From a virus (Duplodnaviria > Caudoviricetes): a stretch of 64,000 bases of DNA. The notes beneath the pieces are model-generated. The model had not been told where the DNA came from. It saw nothing but the letters and a program-made list of their open reading frames with translations, and made no database searches. Positions 8,057 to 17,717 of the stretch are shown piece after piece. The first letter of the stretch is position 1; every line of letters starts with the position of its first letter. The DNA lies in IMG/VR virus record IMGVR_UViG_2765236019_000001, positions 11,054 through 75,053 of that record; one strand, 5' to 3'. Position numbers and translations under genes: made by a program.

Positions 8057-9988
8057 CTATCTCACATCGCACCCGTTTGCCGAACAGGCGTACTCCTGGC
8101 TACCCGTGGTGTGATCAGACCCCTCGTAGAAGACGAGGTCCGACCACACCAGGCGGGGCATTTGGTCGGTGAGGTGACGGTACGTCGCGTAGTCGCATTC
8201 CTGGTAGGGCGCCTGTGCGTAGGTGTGGTCGGAGTACGGGAGGAAAGCGACACCCGACAGCTCATGCAGGTGCTTCCACACCCAGTCGCGGACCTCCTCC
8301 CATTCACTGCCTCGGACAGAGATGGTGACTGACGGCTTGTGCTCGCAGTAGTGACGCTGGTAATCGAGCCAGAGATCCAGATGTTGAATCGCGGAGATAT
8401 TATCGCGTGTCCTCGAACCAGCTGCCGCCTGCTGCGGAAAGGAAAAAACAAGGTTCTGGTCGTTCAGAACGTCCATCTCATGCGGTACGCCCGCGTCGAT
8501 CAGGAAATCGGAGATCGGGTCCTTGACGTCGCTGCGCACGGTGCGAACCCAGTAGCGGCTGTGCGGCGGATGCAGGCCCGAAGGCACATCCGCCATCTGG
8601 GACGTAGTACCTTCGGGCTTGATGGCGGTGATGGCGTCGGCAGCGGGGATGCCGAGCATTTCGGCTTCCAGCTCGTTCGCTACGCGGGCCTCATCGCGCA
8701 AAAGCTCCAGAACTTGGTTCTTCAGCTCCCGGCCGCGCCCGTCCGTCAGAAGCCGGTTGCCGAATATGCCGGTCATGGAGACGCCGAGCAGTCGCTCTTC
8801 CTCGGCATTGCGTGACCACTCCTCACGCAGGAAGGGGAAGCCGGTCAGGGTCGCCTGCCAGGTGCCGAGAATGGCAGCCAAAGTGATCTTGCGCTTCAGC
8901 TCGGCGAGGCGGTCCTGCGGACGCACCACGACGGTGGATAGATTGCAGAAGCTGCGGGGCCGGAGGATGATCTCCGAACACGGGTTGGTCCCGTATTCGA
9001 TGCTGGGCTCCCGGCGGCCCCAGCGGGCCGCGATCCGGCGAGCGGCGTCCCGGTGGAAGATGCCGCGCTCCCCGCTCCCGGAGTCCTTGAGCATCCGCCA
9101 CTCGGCGTCGAACTGCTCGCGGGTGACGCCGTCGTGGTAGACCGCGGAGTTGTTGGCCAGCTTCCGATAGGGATGGCTTTCCCACCACTCCCCCGACTTG
9201 GCCAGCGCCATCTCCTGGTCGTCGAGATCGGACAGGCTGATCAGCGCCGACCGGCGCACACCGCCAACCACGACCACCGACGCAATCTTGCACACCAGAT
9301 CATGAGCCTCGATCGGCCGCAGCTTCCGGCCCTGGGCAACACGCAGCAACTCCACAGTGAACTCGAACAAATCCCGCAGCGGCTCAGGCCCGCTGGCCCG
9401 GCCTCCGAACGTCTTCAGGCGGGACCCTGCGGGCCGGATGCGGTCGTAATTGACGGTCGGTATACGTCCCTGGAGCCAGACCAGATCCAGTAGCTGGGCG
9501 TACGCCTCCGCCCAGCCCTGCTTGCTGTCCCCTACCCGCAGCACTGTGCTCAGGTCGAGTCGGGGGTGAGCGACGGGCGGCAACTTGTCGACGTAGCGCC
9601 GTTCCACGCTAAAACCGACCCCAGTGCCATTGAGCAGGATGAAGAGGACTTCCGAGAGGGATCGAATGTCATCGATCGGCGTGTAGGCGCAGTTGTACCC
9701 GGCGACGTTGGACAGATCGAGGGCTTCCCCTGCCGTCATCAGTGCGCGCATGGAGGGCAGCACCTCGTGGTTGAGTACGGCGTCGCGTAGCTGGTGGGCC
9801 AGCTCCTTCTCTGGGGTGTAGCCGTGCTTCTCCTTGAGGTGTCCCGTCATGAACTGGAAGAAGCGGTCAACCGTCTCAGTCCACGTCTCTCGGCGGCCGA
9901 GGTCATCGCGCCAGCGGGCGTAGCGGCTCTTTGCGATGTACGCCTGGTACGGGTCGGCGAGGTCGCCGTTGGTGTCGATGAGGGTCAT
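8057..9988 (-). CDS. nrdJ: Class II (B12-dependent) ribonucleotide reductase
   Basis: PSMRALM, YNC, GGVRRSA, TNPCSEI, KPEGT, EHKPS, C-terminal CSANGC; no small subunit nearby. Confidence 0.93.
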   Translation of the reverse strand: MTLIDTNGDLADPYQAYIAKSRYARWRDDLGRRETWTETVDRFFQFMTGHLKEKHGYTPEKELAHQLRDAVLNHEVLPSMRALMTAGEALDLSNVAGYNCAYTPIDDIRSLSEVLFILLNGTGVGFSVERRYVDKLPPVAHPRLDLSTVLRVGDSKQGWAEAYAQLLDLVWLQGRIPTVNYDRIRPAGSRLKTFGGRASGPEPLRDLFEFTVELLRVAQGRKLRPIEAHDLVCKIASVVVVGGVRRSALISLSDLDDQEMALAKSGEWWESHPYRKLANNSAVYHDGVTREQFDAEWRMLKDSGSGERGIFHRDAARRIAARWGRREPSIEYGTNPCSEIILRPRSFCNLSTVVVRPQDRLAELKRKITLAAILGTWQATLTGFPFLREEWSRNAEEERLLGVSMTGIFGNRLLTDGRGRELKNQVLELLRDEARVANELEAEMLGIPAADAITAIKPEGTTSQMADVPSGLHPPHSRYWVRTVRSDVKDPISDFLIDAGVPHEMDVLNDQNLVFSFPQQAAAGSRTRDNISAIQHLDLWLDYQRHYCEHKPSVTISVRGSEWEEVRDWVWKHLHELSGVAFLPYSDHTYAQAPYQECDYATYRHLTDQMPRLVWSDLVFYEGSDHTTGSQEYACSANGCDVR

Positions 9989-10003
9989 GCGATGCCTTCG
10001 TTC

Positions 10004-10312
10004 CTATCCGACGCGGCCGATGATGGTGTTGAGTGAGGCGCTGCCTGAGATCTGCCCTCGGGCCGGGCGGGGCGGGCCGTCTGAGGAGGAGGCGATCATT
10101 CCCGATGTCGACTGGAGCCGGGGGTATCCGCAGTCGTAGCAGCGGTAGTTCTGCGTATTCGGCGCCGCCATGTAGTTCCCTGAGCGGCAGTTGGGGCACC
10201 GGGACATGTCGGAGGCTGACTGCGCCTTGAGAGGAGTCTGCTGTGCCTGCGCAGGAGTGGTCGTCGGCGGGGCGAGGGATCCGCTGACTGCTCGTGCCCA
10301 AAAACTACTCAC
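10004..10312 (-). CDS. Zinc-ribbon protein
   Basis: CPNC...CYDC. Confidence 0.7.
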   Translation of the reverse strand: MSSFWARAVSGSLAPPTTTPAQAQQTPLKAQSASDMSRCPNCRSGNYMAAPNTQNYRCYDCGYPRLQSTSGMIASSSDGPPRPARGQISGSASLNTIIGRVG

Positions 10313-10706
10313 CACAGCACTCCCCGATTTTCGTGTATCGAATGATCTTCTTGTCGAAGAGATTTGCAAGAATGGCGCTTGACGTTGCAAAGCAGAGGTC
10401 TGCCTGGTCGCGCAGAAACGCGTCCTTCTCTTCGTCACTCAATGAATGAAGGTCAGGGTGGTCAAGGATAACCTTGAACAGGCCCTGAGTGAGAAGATGC
10501 GCATATACACCGAGTAGTTCGCTCAGCGGTTCCACGGCGGCCGTGCGTCGTCGAGAGGCAGCGACTTCCATCGCCATTACTTCGGGGCTCCTTCCCGGCT
10601 GCCCCAGGCTCCTGAGACTGGCAAGCACCGCCGTGTCGACTTCCTTGCAGGCATCCATCAAAAGCTCTGACTGGATCGCCTCGAAGGAGATTTTGTTCAT
10701 TCGCAT
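10305..10706 (-). CDS. Hypothetical protein
   Basis: 133 aa abutting the polymerase stop. Confidence 0.65.
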   Translation of the reverse strand: MRMNKISFEAIQSELLMDACKEVDTAVLASLRSLGQPGRSPEVMAMEVAASRRRTAAVEPLSELLGVYAHLLTQGLFKVILDHPDLHSLSDEEKDAFLRDQADLCFATSSAILANLFDKKIIRYTKIGECCGE

Positions 10707-12698
10707 TTACTTCGCCTCCGACCATCTGTCGCAGACCTTGACGTCTGCTGTGATAGGCACCTTGAGCATTTCTTGGATTCCGGGCCCTGTCATCGCCTTC
10801 TCAAGCAATACTGCCCCCTCTTCGACCTTGTCTTCTCGACAGTGCACAACTAGTTCGTCGTGGACTGTGAGTGAAAGTCGGAGCCATTCACTGTTTTGCT
10901 TGCACAGGTAACCCATCCGCACGATGGCCATTTTGTTGATATCGGCCGCTGAACCCTGGATGAGGCTGTTCAGACACTGCCTCTCAGCCTTTTCCCGGAT
11001 CCAGTCAACTGGACTGGCAAGGTCAGGGAGGCGGCGCTTGCGGCCGATGAGTGTGCGGATGTGCGGTATCTCGCGAGTGAGGGCGTCCTGGATCAGCCAG
11101 CGGCGGAACTTGCCGACTTCTGGCATTTTTCGTTCCTGGAGTTCGAGGAACGCTTGGGCCTCGGCTACGGTGGCGCGCATCGACTTTGCGACCGTCGGGG
11201 CTTGGGCACCGAACAGGGTGGCAAAGGCGAGGGTCTTGGAGTCGTTGCGCTGGTCTTTCGTGACTCTCTCTGGGGGGACACCGAAAACAGCGCTCGCCGT
11301 TGCAGTGTGTGCGTCTATGCCTGCGTGGAATCCGTCGAACCATGCTCCGTAGCCGAGGAAATGGGCCATGACGCGCAGTTCGATCTGGCCGTAGTCTGCA
11401 ATGAGCAGTTTCCAGCCTACTTCACGGAGGTGATCCTCCATGGCGACTGTCGCTCTTTCTCGCGGAGCGACGAATAGGCCGCGAACCGCCTTGCCCAGCT
11501 CTGTGTTGGGTGCTGGTACGTTCTGAAGGTTGGGCTCTGCTGAGGAGAATCTTCCGGATACGGTGCCGTACTGCTTGAAGGTGGGATAGATGCGCCCCTC
11601 GAAAATGATGGACGGTTTCCCAGCTGATTCGTCTCCGAGGTACCCGTGCACGTATGTGCCGAGGAGCTTGTTGACTTCCTGGTATTCGAGCAGTGCAGCG
11701 CAGACCGGATTGTCGTCGTGCTTCTTGAGTTCCTCGGCGTCGGCGCTATAGTCGTAGAGGGTGGGCGTGGCTCCCTCTCGCTTCTTCTTCTTTCCTCCCT
11801 TGGTCAGCTTGCTCGGTTTGAGGCCCTGGCCGCCGTCCCGCTTCTTTCCGAAGAGTATGTCTGCTTTTTGCTGGGTGGAATTGATGTTGAAGACGCGGCC
11901 CGCTGCCTTGTAGACCTGCTCCGTGATCTGCTCGATCCGCTCTGTGAGGTCGGTGTCGAGTTCGTGGAGGGCCTCTGTGTCGATTGGGGCGCCGGTGAGC
12001 GCCATGTCCAGGAGGATCTCTAGGACTTGCAGCTCCAGACTCATTGCCCGCGACAGGCCCTCTGCCTGGAGAAGGGGCACCATTCGCTGCCACAACAACC
12101 ACGTGTACTTAGCGTCCAGGAGTGCGTAGCTGGCGACCTTGCTGAACGGGTGTATCTCAACCTTGCGGCCGACGTTCTCGGTGTCGTATTTGTGTCCGTA
12201 GGTCGCCTCGGTACGGGGCTTGAGGCCGTTGAGTCGGTTTTCGTCGAGCAGCCATGAGGCGACGAGAGTGCAGCCGTAGCGGGGGACGGGTAGTTGGCCG
12301 TCGTAGTATTTGGCTATGCTTACGAGGTCGAAGGCTGCCTGGTGGGCGATTTTGCGGTATCTGTCACCGAAGAAAAGAGGCTGGAGAGCTTCGAATACTT
12401 GGCTCGGCCTCAGCTGGGTGGGGGGCTCGTCCCAGACGGCTGGTATGGCCTCGAATTTCCCTGTGGCGGGGTTCTTTTTCCTGGTGGCCTTGGAGATGAG
12501 CGTGTCGCCGTTGGGGTGGCCCATAGGTATGACGATCGCGGTGCCGTACGTGGCCATGGAGAGCCAGGTGACCTGATTCTGGCTGGGGACGCTTCGGTGA
12601 GGGCCGACGGTCTCGACGTCAAAGGTGAATGCGTCATGCTGTCCGAAGTAGTCGACGGCGTCGGCGAGATCTTCCTTGTTCAGGATGATGTGGGGCAT
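10707..12698 (-). CDS. Family A DNA polymerase with 3'-5' exonuclease
   Basis: FDVET ExoI, GRFSSAEPNLQN, ADYGQIELR, R..SKT..F motif B, IQGSAADI, VHDE. Confidence 0.95.
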   Translation of the reverse strand: MPHIILNKEDLADAVDYFGQHDAFTFDVETVGPHRSVPSQNQVTWLSMATYGTAIVIPMGHPNGDTLISKATRKKNPATGKFEAIPAVWDEPPTQLRPSQVFEALQPLFFGDRYRKIAHQAAFDLVSIAKYYDGQLPVPRYGCTLVASWLLDENRLNGLKPRTEATYGHKYDTENVGRKVEIHPFSKVASYALLDAKYTWLLWQRMVPLLQAEGLSRAMSLELQVLEILLDMALTGAPIDTEALHELDTDLTERIEQITEQVYKAAGRVFNINSTQQKADILFGKKRDGGQGLKPSKLTKGGKKKKREGATPTLYDYSADAEELKKHDDNPVCAALLEYQEVNKLLGTYVHGYLGDESAGKPSIIFEGRIYPTFKQYGTVSGRFSSAEPNLQNVPAPNTELGKAVRGLFVAPRERATVAMEDHLREVGWKLLIADYGQIELRVMAHFLGYGAWFDGFHAGIDAHTATASAVFGVPPERVTKDQRNDSKTLAFATLFGAQAPTVAKSMRATVAEAQAFLELQERKMPEVGKFRRWLIQDALTREIPHIRTLIGRKRRLPDLASPVDWIREKAERQCLNSLIQGSAADINKMAIVRMGYLCKQNSEWLRLSLTVHDELVVHCREDKVEEGAVLLEKAMTGPGIQEMLKVPITADVKVCDRWSEAK

Positions 12699-12719
12699 GT
12701 GGGTGCTTCCGGGTGTGAA

Positions 12720-12768
12720 AAGCCCGCCTCCCTATCCCGTCGGAACTGGAGCACGGGGAGGCGGGCTT
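12720..12768 (-). terminator. Terminator/attenuator between ssb and pol
   Basis: AAGCCCGCCTCCC...GGGAGGCGGGCTT inverted repeat with a short T-run on the minus strand. Confidence 0.6.
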
Positions 12769-12795
12769 GAGCGGACGCGCTTGCAGAGAGTTCGA

Positions 12796-13602
12796 CTATT
12801 CGTCGTCCTCTTCCGTATCGTCCTCCAAGAGGCGGTGCACCACTCGCTTCAGCTCCTGGGGGCTGCTGAAGCGCTCCCACGGGTCGGTGTAGATGACCTC
12901 TTTGAGGGTTGTGAGGGTCTTGCTGTCGATCTCATCGACGTCCCAGTCCTCGTCGAGGTCTCGCGCCTTGACCGTCTCCAGGTGGTACTCGGTGCTAGTG
13001 CCCTTGCCTGTCTTAGAGATGGCGAAATACAGGTTGTCCTTGTCCAGCGGCCCCCTCTTGGGGTCGTCATTGATGGCCTTGAGCTTCCGGCCAATCTTTA
13101 CGCCGACTTCCCAGACTCTGTGTTCCCACTCGTTGGTCGATTCGTTGAACAAAGCCACGTTGAACAGGGCCAGTTTGCGGGCGTAGTGGTCGAGGTCATC
13201 GCACAGCGGGCAGCTGTCCCCACCGCAGCGGAAGCTGCGCTTGCCTGTCTTGATCTCCTGAACGTAGTGCAGGCCGAAGGAGTCGAAGGGCGCGTCCTGG
13301 AGGATCTTGATGAGCTGCTGACTGTTGGTGACCCGCAGCTTGAGGGCGTTCTTGGCTTCGAAGTCGGTGTTGTTGCTGCTGCTGGCCGCGGCCTCGAACT
13401 CGTCCCACCCCGCAACAGCGCTGCGGCGGGCCGAATTGGTCCGGTGGCTGTGCTCCTCATCGGCCGCAGTCTCACTACGGCGGCGCTTGCGAGGCGCCTC
13501 GACGTTGTTATACGTCTCGTGGGGCGTGTCGTCGGCCGCGTGGCGGCGGCGCTTGGGCCGGGTGTCAATGTCATCAACGTCGAATGCGGCAGTGCGGGGC
13601 AC
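12796..13602 (-). CDS. Probable ssDNA-binding protein (gp32-like)
   Basis: H..., C-x4-CPLC metal site, TGKGTSTEY, acidic C-terminal tail; next to polymerase. Confidence 0.7.
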   Translation of the reverse strand: MPRTAAFDVDDIDTRPKRRRHAADDTPHETYNNVEAPRKRRRSETAADEEHSHRTNSARRSAVAGWDEFEAAASSSNNTDFEAKNALKLRVTNSQQLIKILQDAPFDSFGLHYVQEIKTGKRSFRCGGDSCPLCDDLDHYARKLALFNVALFNESTNEWEHRVWEVGVKIGRKLKAINDDPKRGPLDKDNLYFAISKTGKGTSTEYHLETVKARDLDEDWDVDEIDSKTLTTLKEVIYTDPWERFSSPQELKRVVHRLLEDDTEEDDE

Positions 13603-13603
13603 G

Positions 13604-13837
13604 TCAGCTCCTCTTGGTGTGCAAGTTGGTCAGCGCGGGGTGGACATGTGCAACGGAGTTCTCTTCGGTGGTGAACTTCTTTGCAAACAGCCGTTCGCGG
13701 GAAAGCATCGCGTCGAGTGCGTCCTCAACGTCGGTGATGCTTTCCTCAACAGGGTCGAACTGGACGGAGGCAGTCACTTCGATGTGTTCGTAGGAGCCGA
13801 GATTGAAACGCTCGGTAACTTGCTTGGTGTAAATCAC
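13604..13837 (-). CDS. Hypothetical protein (FNLGSYEH motif)
   Basis: 77 aa; GTGA overlap. Confidence 0.7.
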   Translation of the reverse strand: MIYTKQVTERFNLGSYEHIEVTASVQFDPVEESITDVEDALDAMLSRERLFAKKFTTEENSVAHVHPALTNLHTKRS

Positions 13838-14328
13838 GCGGCGTCAACCCCTTCGGATGCCGAGAGGTCCTCGAATAGCTGGGCCACGCGCTCGGAGAAC
13901 TTGGTAGCAGAGATCTGAATACCTTCGCCTTCGTGGTGGAGGATGCCCTCCTCCTCGGCGATGCGGATCATGCCCTCGATCTGGGCCCTGGTGTACAGCC
14001 TTCGGTTGCCGCGCTCAGTCTTTCCCCGAACCACGAAGGTAGGGGCGGGAATGATCCCCGTCCGTTCCCACTTGCGGATGGTAACCGGCTGACGGTTCAG
14101 CGCCATTGACAGATGACCGATGGAGTAGAACTCGTGGAGCACTCCGCCCACCCGGTAGACGCGCGGCTTGGAGTCCCAGAGAACTTCTGGCTTACTGGTC
14201 GGCTCGACCAGTCGCATCGTCTGCGGATCGATGCTGCGAATGCGTCTGGATGAGCCCGGGTAGTAACCAGGAGCCTGTCGGCTCTGGCCGCCTGCGATGA
14301 CGGCGAATTCACGCTCCCAGCGGCTCAC
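13834..14328 (-). CDS. MerR-like HTH DNA-binding protein
   Basis: YSIGHLSMALNRQPVTIRKWERTGIIP...RRLYT. Confidence 0.8.
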   Translation of the reverse strand: MSRWEREFAVIAGGQSRQAPGYYPGSSRRIRSIDPQTMRLVEPTSKPEVLWDSKPRVYRVGGVLHEFYSIGHLSMALNRQPVTIRKWERTGIIPAPTFVVRGKTERGNRRLYTRAQIEGMIRIAEEEGILHHEGEGIQISATKFSERVAQLFEDLSASEGVDAA

Positions 14329-14792
14329 TTGCCCCCCACTCGCACAAAGGACCACACAGTCTTCTCCGGGAAGACCTGATCTACTTCTTCCTCGGTCAGG
14401 AGGCCCTCCTGAAAGAGGACGTAGACCTCCTGCGCGTCAAAGACAGGCCGAGGGGGGAAGAGACGGTCGTAGACGCTCTTCTCCTTCCCTATGCGGGAGG
14501 CCGCGTCCTCGTCCACCTCTCGGGTAACGCTCCGCTGATATTTGAGCCCAGTAAACGACTTCCCGCCCACCTCATAGGAACGGCCGAGGTCGAGGGCGTA
14601 GCTTCCCTTCTCGTCACGGACACCGAACTCCCGAAGGTCTTCGATCATCTCCTGCTTCAGGGAGTCGAGGAGCATCTGCTGAGCTGCTACGCGATCCCTG
14701 ATCATGGCCCAACGGGCCGCTTTCCGCTGGAAATCGGACTCCGGAGTGTTGGCGCTGACGTAGCTCGCCAGAGGGGCGTCGCTGAACTCCAT
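14325..14792 (-). CDS. Hypothetical phage protein
   Basis: 155 aa, GGGAG RBS. Confidence 0.7.
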   Translation of the reverse strand: MEFSDAPLASYVSANTPESDFQRKAARWAMIRDRVAAQQMLLDSLKQEMIEDLREFGVRDEKGSYALDLGRSYEVGGKSFTGLKYQRSVTREVDEDAASRIGKEKSVYDRLFPPRPVFDAQEVYVLFQEGLLTEEEVDQVFPEKTVWSFVRVGGK

Positions 14793-14913
14793 GGGATTCT
14801 CCCGCTGGTCGTTAGATGGCAGCGGCAGGGCATGTCCAGGCGTGCCATTGGCGGCCGTTGGCCTCCCCCTGCGGCTCTACAAGAACAGTACAACAGATGC
14901 ACAGTTTCTCAAC

Positions 14914-14943
14914 ACCTTCACATCTGTTGAACACTTGTTGGTA
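14914..14943 (-). promoter_or_regulatory. Phage promoter motif TACC-N20-GAAGGT
   Basis: Motif match, overlapped by CAACAGATG/CATCTGTTG inverted repeat. Confidence 0.5.
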
Positions 14944-15079
14944 GCTGCTCGGGGCGCGGTGCCCAAAGTGGCCGGGCGAGGACGTGCCAGTAGCAGGCGG
15001 AAACCGACTGTGCAGTCTTACGGGGGGAACAAGGCTTGCTGGCTAGTTCCCCGCGAGGAGAGGGTGCCGCGGACGTCAA

Positions 15080-16696
15080 TCAGGCGGTGCGGCGCAGGAC
15101 ATCCAGAGACCGGACGAGGTTGGCGCGCAGGGACTCCACGTCAGCGAGCACCCGGCCGTCGTCGTCGGCGCCTCGGCCGTCCAGGATCGCCCTGGCAGTG
15201 CGGCGCTTGATCGCCAGGCGCTCCATGCGGCGTTCCTCGATCGTGTCCTGCGCCACGACGTTGACGACCTCTACCTCCTCGAAGAGGCTGCTGGCCCGGA
15301 CATGGCGGGTGTTGCGCTGGTCCATGGCACCGCTGCTGTCGCGCTGGTCGTAGTTGAGCAGCAGACGTGCTTCGGGGAGGTCGAGGCCGTAGCCACCGGC
15401 ATCGCTGGCGAGGAAGAGGCGGACATCAGGCTCGGAGGCGAATACGGCCTTCGCCTCTGCTTTCTCTTTCGCCGTCAGGTCTCCGGTGAAGTAGACGGCC
15501 GTCCACTGCTTCAGCTCGGCGGCCACCGCGGGCAACACGCCCTTGTTGAAGCTGAAGAGGATGACCTTGAGTGTGGGGTCGGCCGTCAGACGCTTCCGCA
15601 GGTAGCGCACCACCGCGTCGAGCTTGGGCGAGCGGGTGACGTCGTCGAGGATGCCCCGGTCGACGAGGCGTGCGGCGTACGTGCTGCCGCCGTCTCCAGC
15701 GGCGTGGGCGCCTGCCGAATCCCGCAGCAGCTCAGGGTGGTTGATGAGCATCTGAAGGGCGGAGAGCCGGGCCATGACGCGTCCCTGCACGGTGGTGCCG
15801 CTCTCCGCCCGACCGGCGTACACGGCGGCGAGGTCGAGGGTGCCGAACCCACCGAGCTTGTCGAGTTCCTTCAGCAGATCCTGGGCGATCTGCTCGTAGG
15901 CGGACAGGGTGCGTGGCCCGAGGCGGACCGGGAGGACGGTCTCCTTCACCTTCGGCATATACGGGGCCACGTCGGCGTCGCGGTAGGTACGACGGATCAT
16001 GGCGTCGCTGATCTTGCTGTGCAGCAGCGGGAGGTTGCGGTACGCGACCGGGATGCCGGAGCGGGAGCGGTGGATGAACGCCTGGTCGAAGAGGTCCCAG
16101 CGGCCGAGCACGCTCGCGTCGATCCACTCGAAGATCGAGAAAAGTTCCTCGGGCTGGCCGTTGTCGATGACGGTGCCGGACAGGCCGAGCCGATAGCTGG
16201 CCGTCAGCCTCTTCAGCTTCTTCGACCGCTGTGCCCGGAAGCTTTTGATGAAGCTTGCCTCGTCCAGGACCACTGCGTCCGGCCGGATTTTCCGGACGCG
16301 CTTCCAGTCGTGGATGACGGCTTCATAGCTGACGATGACGTACTCGGGCCGCTGTGCCAGGATCTGCTCGTACTGCCGCTCCTTCTGCGCCTTGGAGCCG
16401 TCGACCACGACGCAGGCGGAGTCGTCTGGGACCACGACGGAAGCCCGACCCACCCGCCGCCGCTTGGTCGGCACGTCAGTGAAACGGGCGAGCGATTCGG
16501 CCCACTGCCATTTCAAGGAGGCGGGGACCACGATCATGCACGTGTCGACGTCGTCCTTGGCGAGCCACTCCTCCATGACGGCTATGGACAGCACTGTCTT
16601 GCCGAGGCCCATGGTGTAGGCGCACAGCATCGCTCCTCTCTCGACTATGCGAGAGAAATCGTCCTCCTGATATGGGTGCAGTTTTCCGGTGAACAC
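15080..16696 (-). CDS. SNF2-family helicase
   Basis: LHPYQ, MGLGKT, DEAS, LSGT, GGYGLDL and Q...RHVR motifs. Confidence 0.92.
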   Translation of the reverse strand: MFTGKLHPYQEDDFSRIVERGAMLCAYTMGLGKTVLSIAVMEEWLAKDDVDTCMIVVPASLKWQWAESLARFTDVPTKRRRVGRASVVVPDDSACVVVDGSKAQKERQYEQILAQRPEYVIVSYEAVIHDWKRVRKIRPDAVVLDEASFIKSFRAQRSKKLKRLTASYRLGLSGTVIDNGQPEELFSIFEWIDASVLGRWDLFDQAFIHRSRSGIPVAYRNLPLLHSKISDAMIRRTYRDADVAPYMPKVKETVLPVRLGPRTLSAYEQIAQDLLKELDKLGGFGTLDLAAVYAGRAESGTTVQGRVMARLSALQMLINHPELLRDSAGAHAAGDGGSTYAARLVDRGILDDVTRSPKLDAVVRYLRKRLTADPTLKVILFSFNKGVLPAVAAELKQWTAVYFTGDLTAKEKAEAKAVFASEPDVRLFLASDAGGYGLDLPEARLLLNYDQRDSSGAMDQRNTRHVRASSLFEEVEVVNVVAQDTIEERRMERLAIKRRTARAILDGRGADDDGRVLADVESLRANLVRSLDVLRRTA

Positions 16697-16702
16697 CTGC
16701 TA

Positions 16703-16732
16703 AGGCTCGTCCTTAGCTCCGGACTTGTGTTA
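16703..16732 (-). promoter_or_regulatory. Phage promoter motif TAAC-N20-GAGCCT (leaderless)
   Basis: GTG start of the helicase lies 6 nt past the -10 hexamer. Confidence 0.65.
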
Positions 16733-16736
16733 GTCG

Positions 16737-17717
16737 TTATGCCGCGCATTGCTTGAGGCGCCGACGGAGCGGCGTGTACGCAGCGTCGTAGCAGTCCCAG
16801 ATCTCTTCGTCGGTCATCTCACCGGGATCTTTTGCTCCCGTGTCCAGATAGTTCCAGTATTTGAGCACGCTTCCTTTGCAGCGGTAGGAGTAGTAGAGCT
16901 GAGTGCGGGCAGACCGCCCGGCCGAATCGTTATCCTGGGCGAGGATGATGGTGTCTGCCATGCCGAGCGCCAGGTCCATCTGCGCGCGCGACGCGTGAGC
17001 GCCGTAGGTCGCCTTGCCCCCGTCGATTCCCGCGGAGTAGAGACGCACCGCGTCCAGAGGAGACTCCAGCAGCACGAGGGGGCCGTCGAAGTCGATGTGG
17101 GCGCCGAAGAGCGAGGTGCCCTTCGCTACGCCGTCGGGGTAGTTGCGGAAGTGGCGCTTGGACTTCTCCTGCCAGCCGAGCAGTTCGCCGTCCACGCTGC
17201 GGATCGGGAGTATCCAGCAGCGGCGGGGGCGGGTCAGGTCCCATCGGACCCCGAATTTCTCGCACGCGTCGAGCGTCAGGCCACGTTTGCGTCTGGCGGC
17301 TTCCGGCGGCGTGGTGAAGAGAACCATCTGCGCCTCGGACACCGGCTCCCCTGGTTCGACTTCGCTATGGCGGTCGTCTCCCTTGAGCAGCCGAAGAGCC
17401 CGGCCGATGGTGCCCTTCGAGGCGATCCATGCATTCGCGTGCGCCGAGTCGGTGCCCTGCATGTAGGCAACGAAACGAGCGAAAGATCCGGCCCAGTCGC
17501 AGGAGAAGCAGATGAACTGGCCAGAGTGGCTGTGGATGTAACAGGAGGGCCTGCGGTCGTGCTTGCCGGTGCGCTCCAGGTGGGCGGGGCAACGGAGTTT
17601 GTAGTTGTCGCCGTCGTCCCCCAAGACCTCGACGCCGAGGTCAGCTAGGGCAGAGAGTACGTCACCAGGGATGAGGTCGTCATGCCGCCTGGCGATCGAA
17701 CCACTCGTCCGCCCCAT
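16737..17717 (-). CDS. DNA primase (CHC2 zinc finger + Toprim)
   Basis: CPAH...CFSC, LESPLDA, QDNDSAG, KDPGE. Confidence 0.9.
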   Translation of the reverse strand: MGRTSGSIARRHDDLIPGDVLSALADLGVEVLGDDGDNYKLRCPAHLERTGKHDRRPSCYIHSHSGQFICFSCDWAGSFARFVAYMQGTDSAHANAWIASKGTIGRALRLLKGDDRHSEVEPGEPVSEAQMVLFTTPPEAARRKRGLTLDACEKFGVRWDLTRPRRCWILPIRSVDGELLGWQEKSKRHFRNYPDGVAKGTSLFGAHIDFDGPLVLLESPLDAVRLYSAGIDGGKATYGAHASRAQMDLALGMADTIILAQDNDSAGRSARTQLYYSYRCKGSVLKYWNYLDTGAKDPGEMTDEEIWDCYDAAYTPLRRRLKQCAA

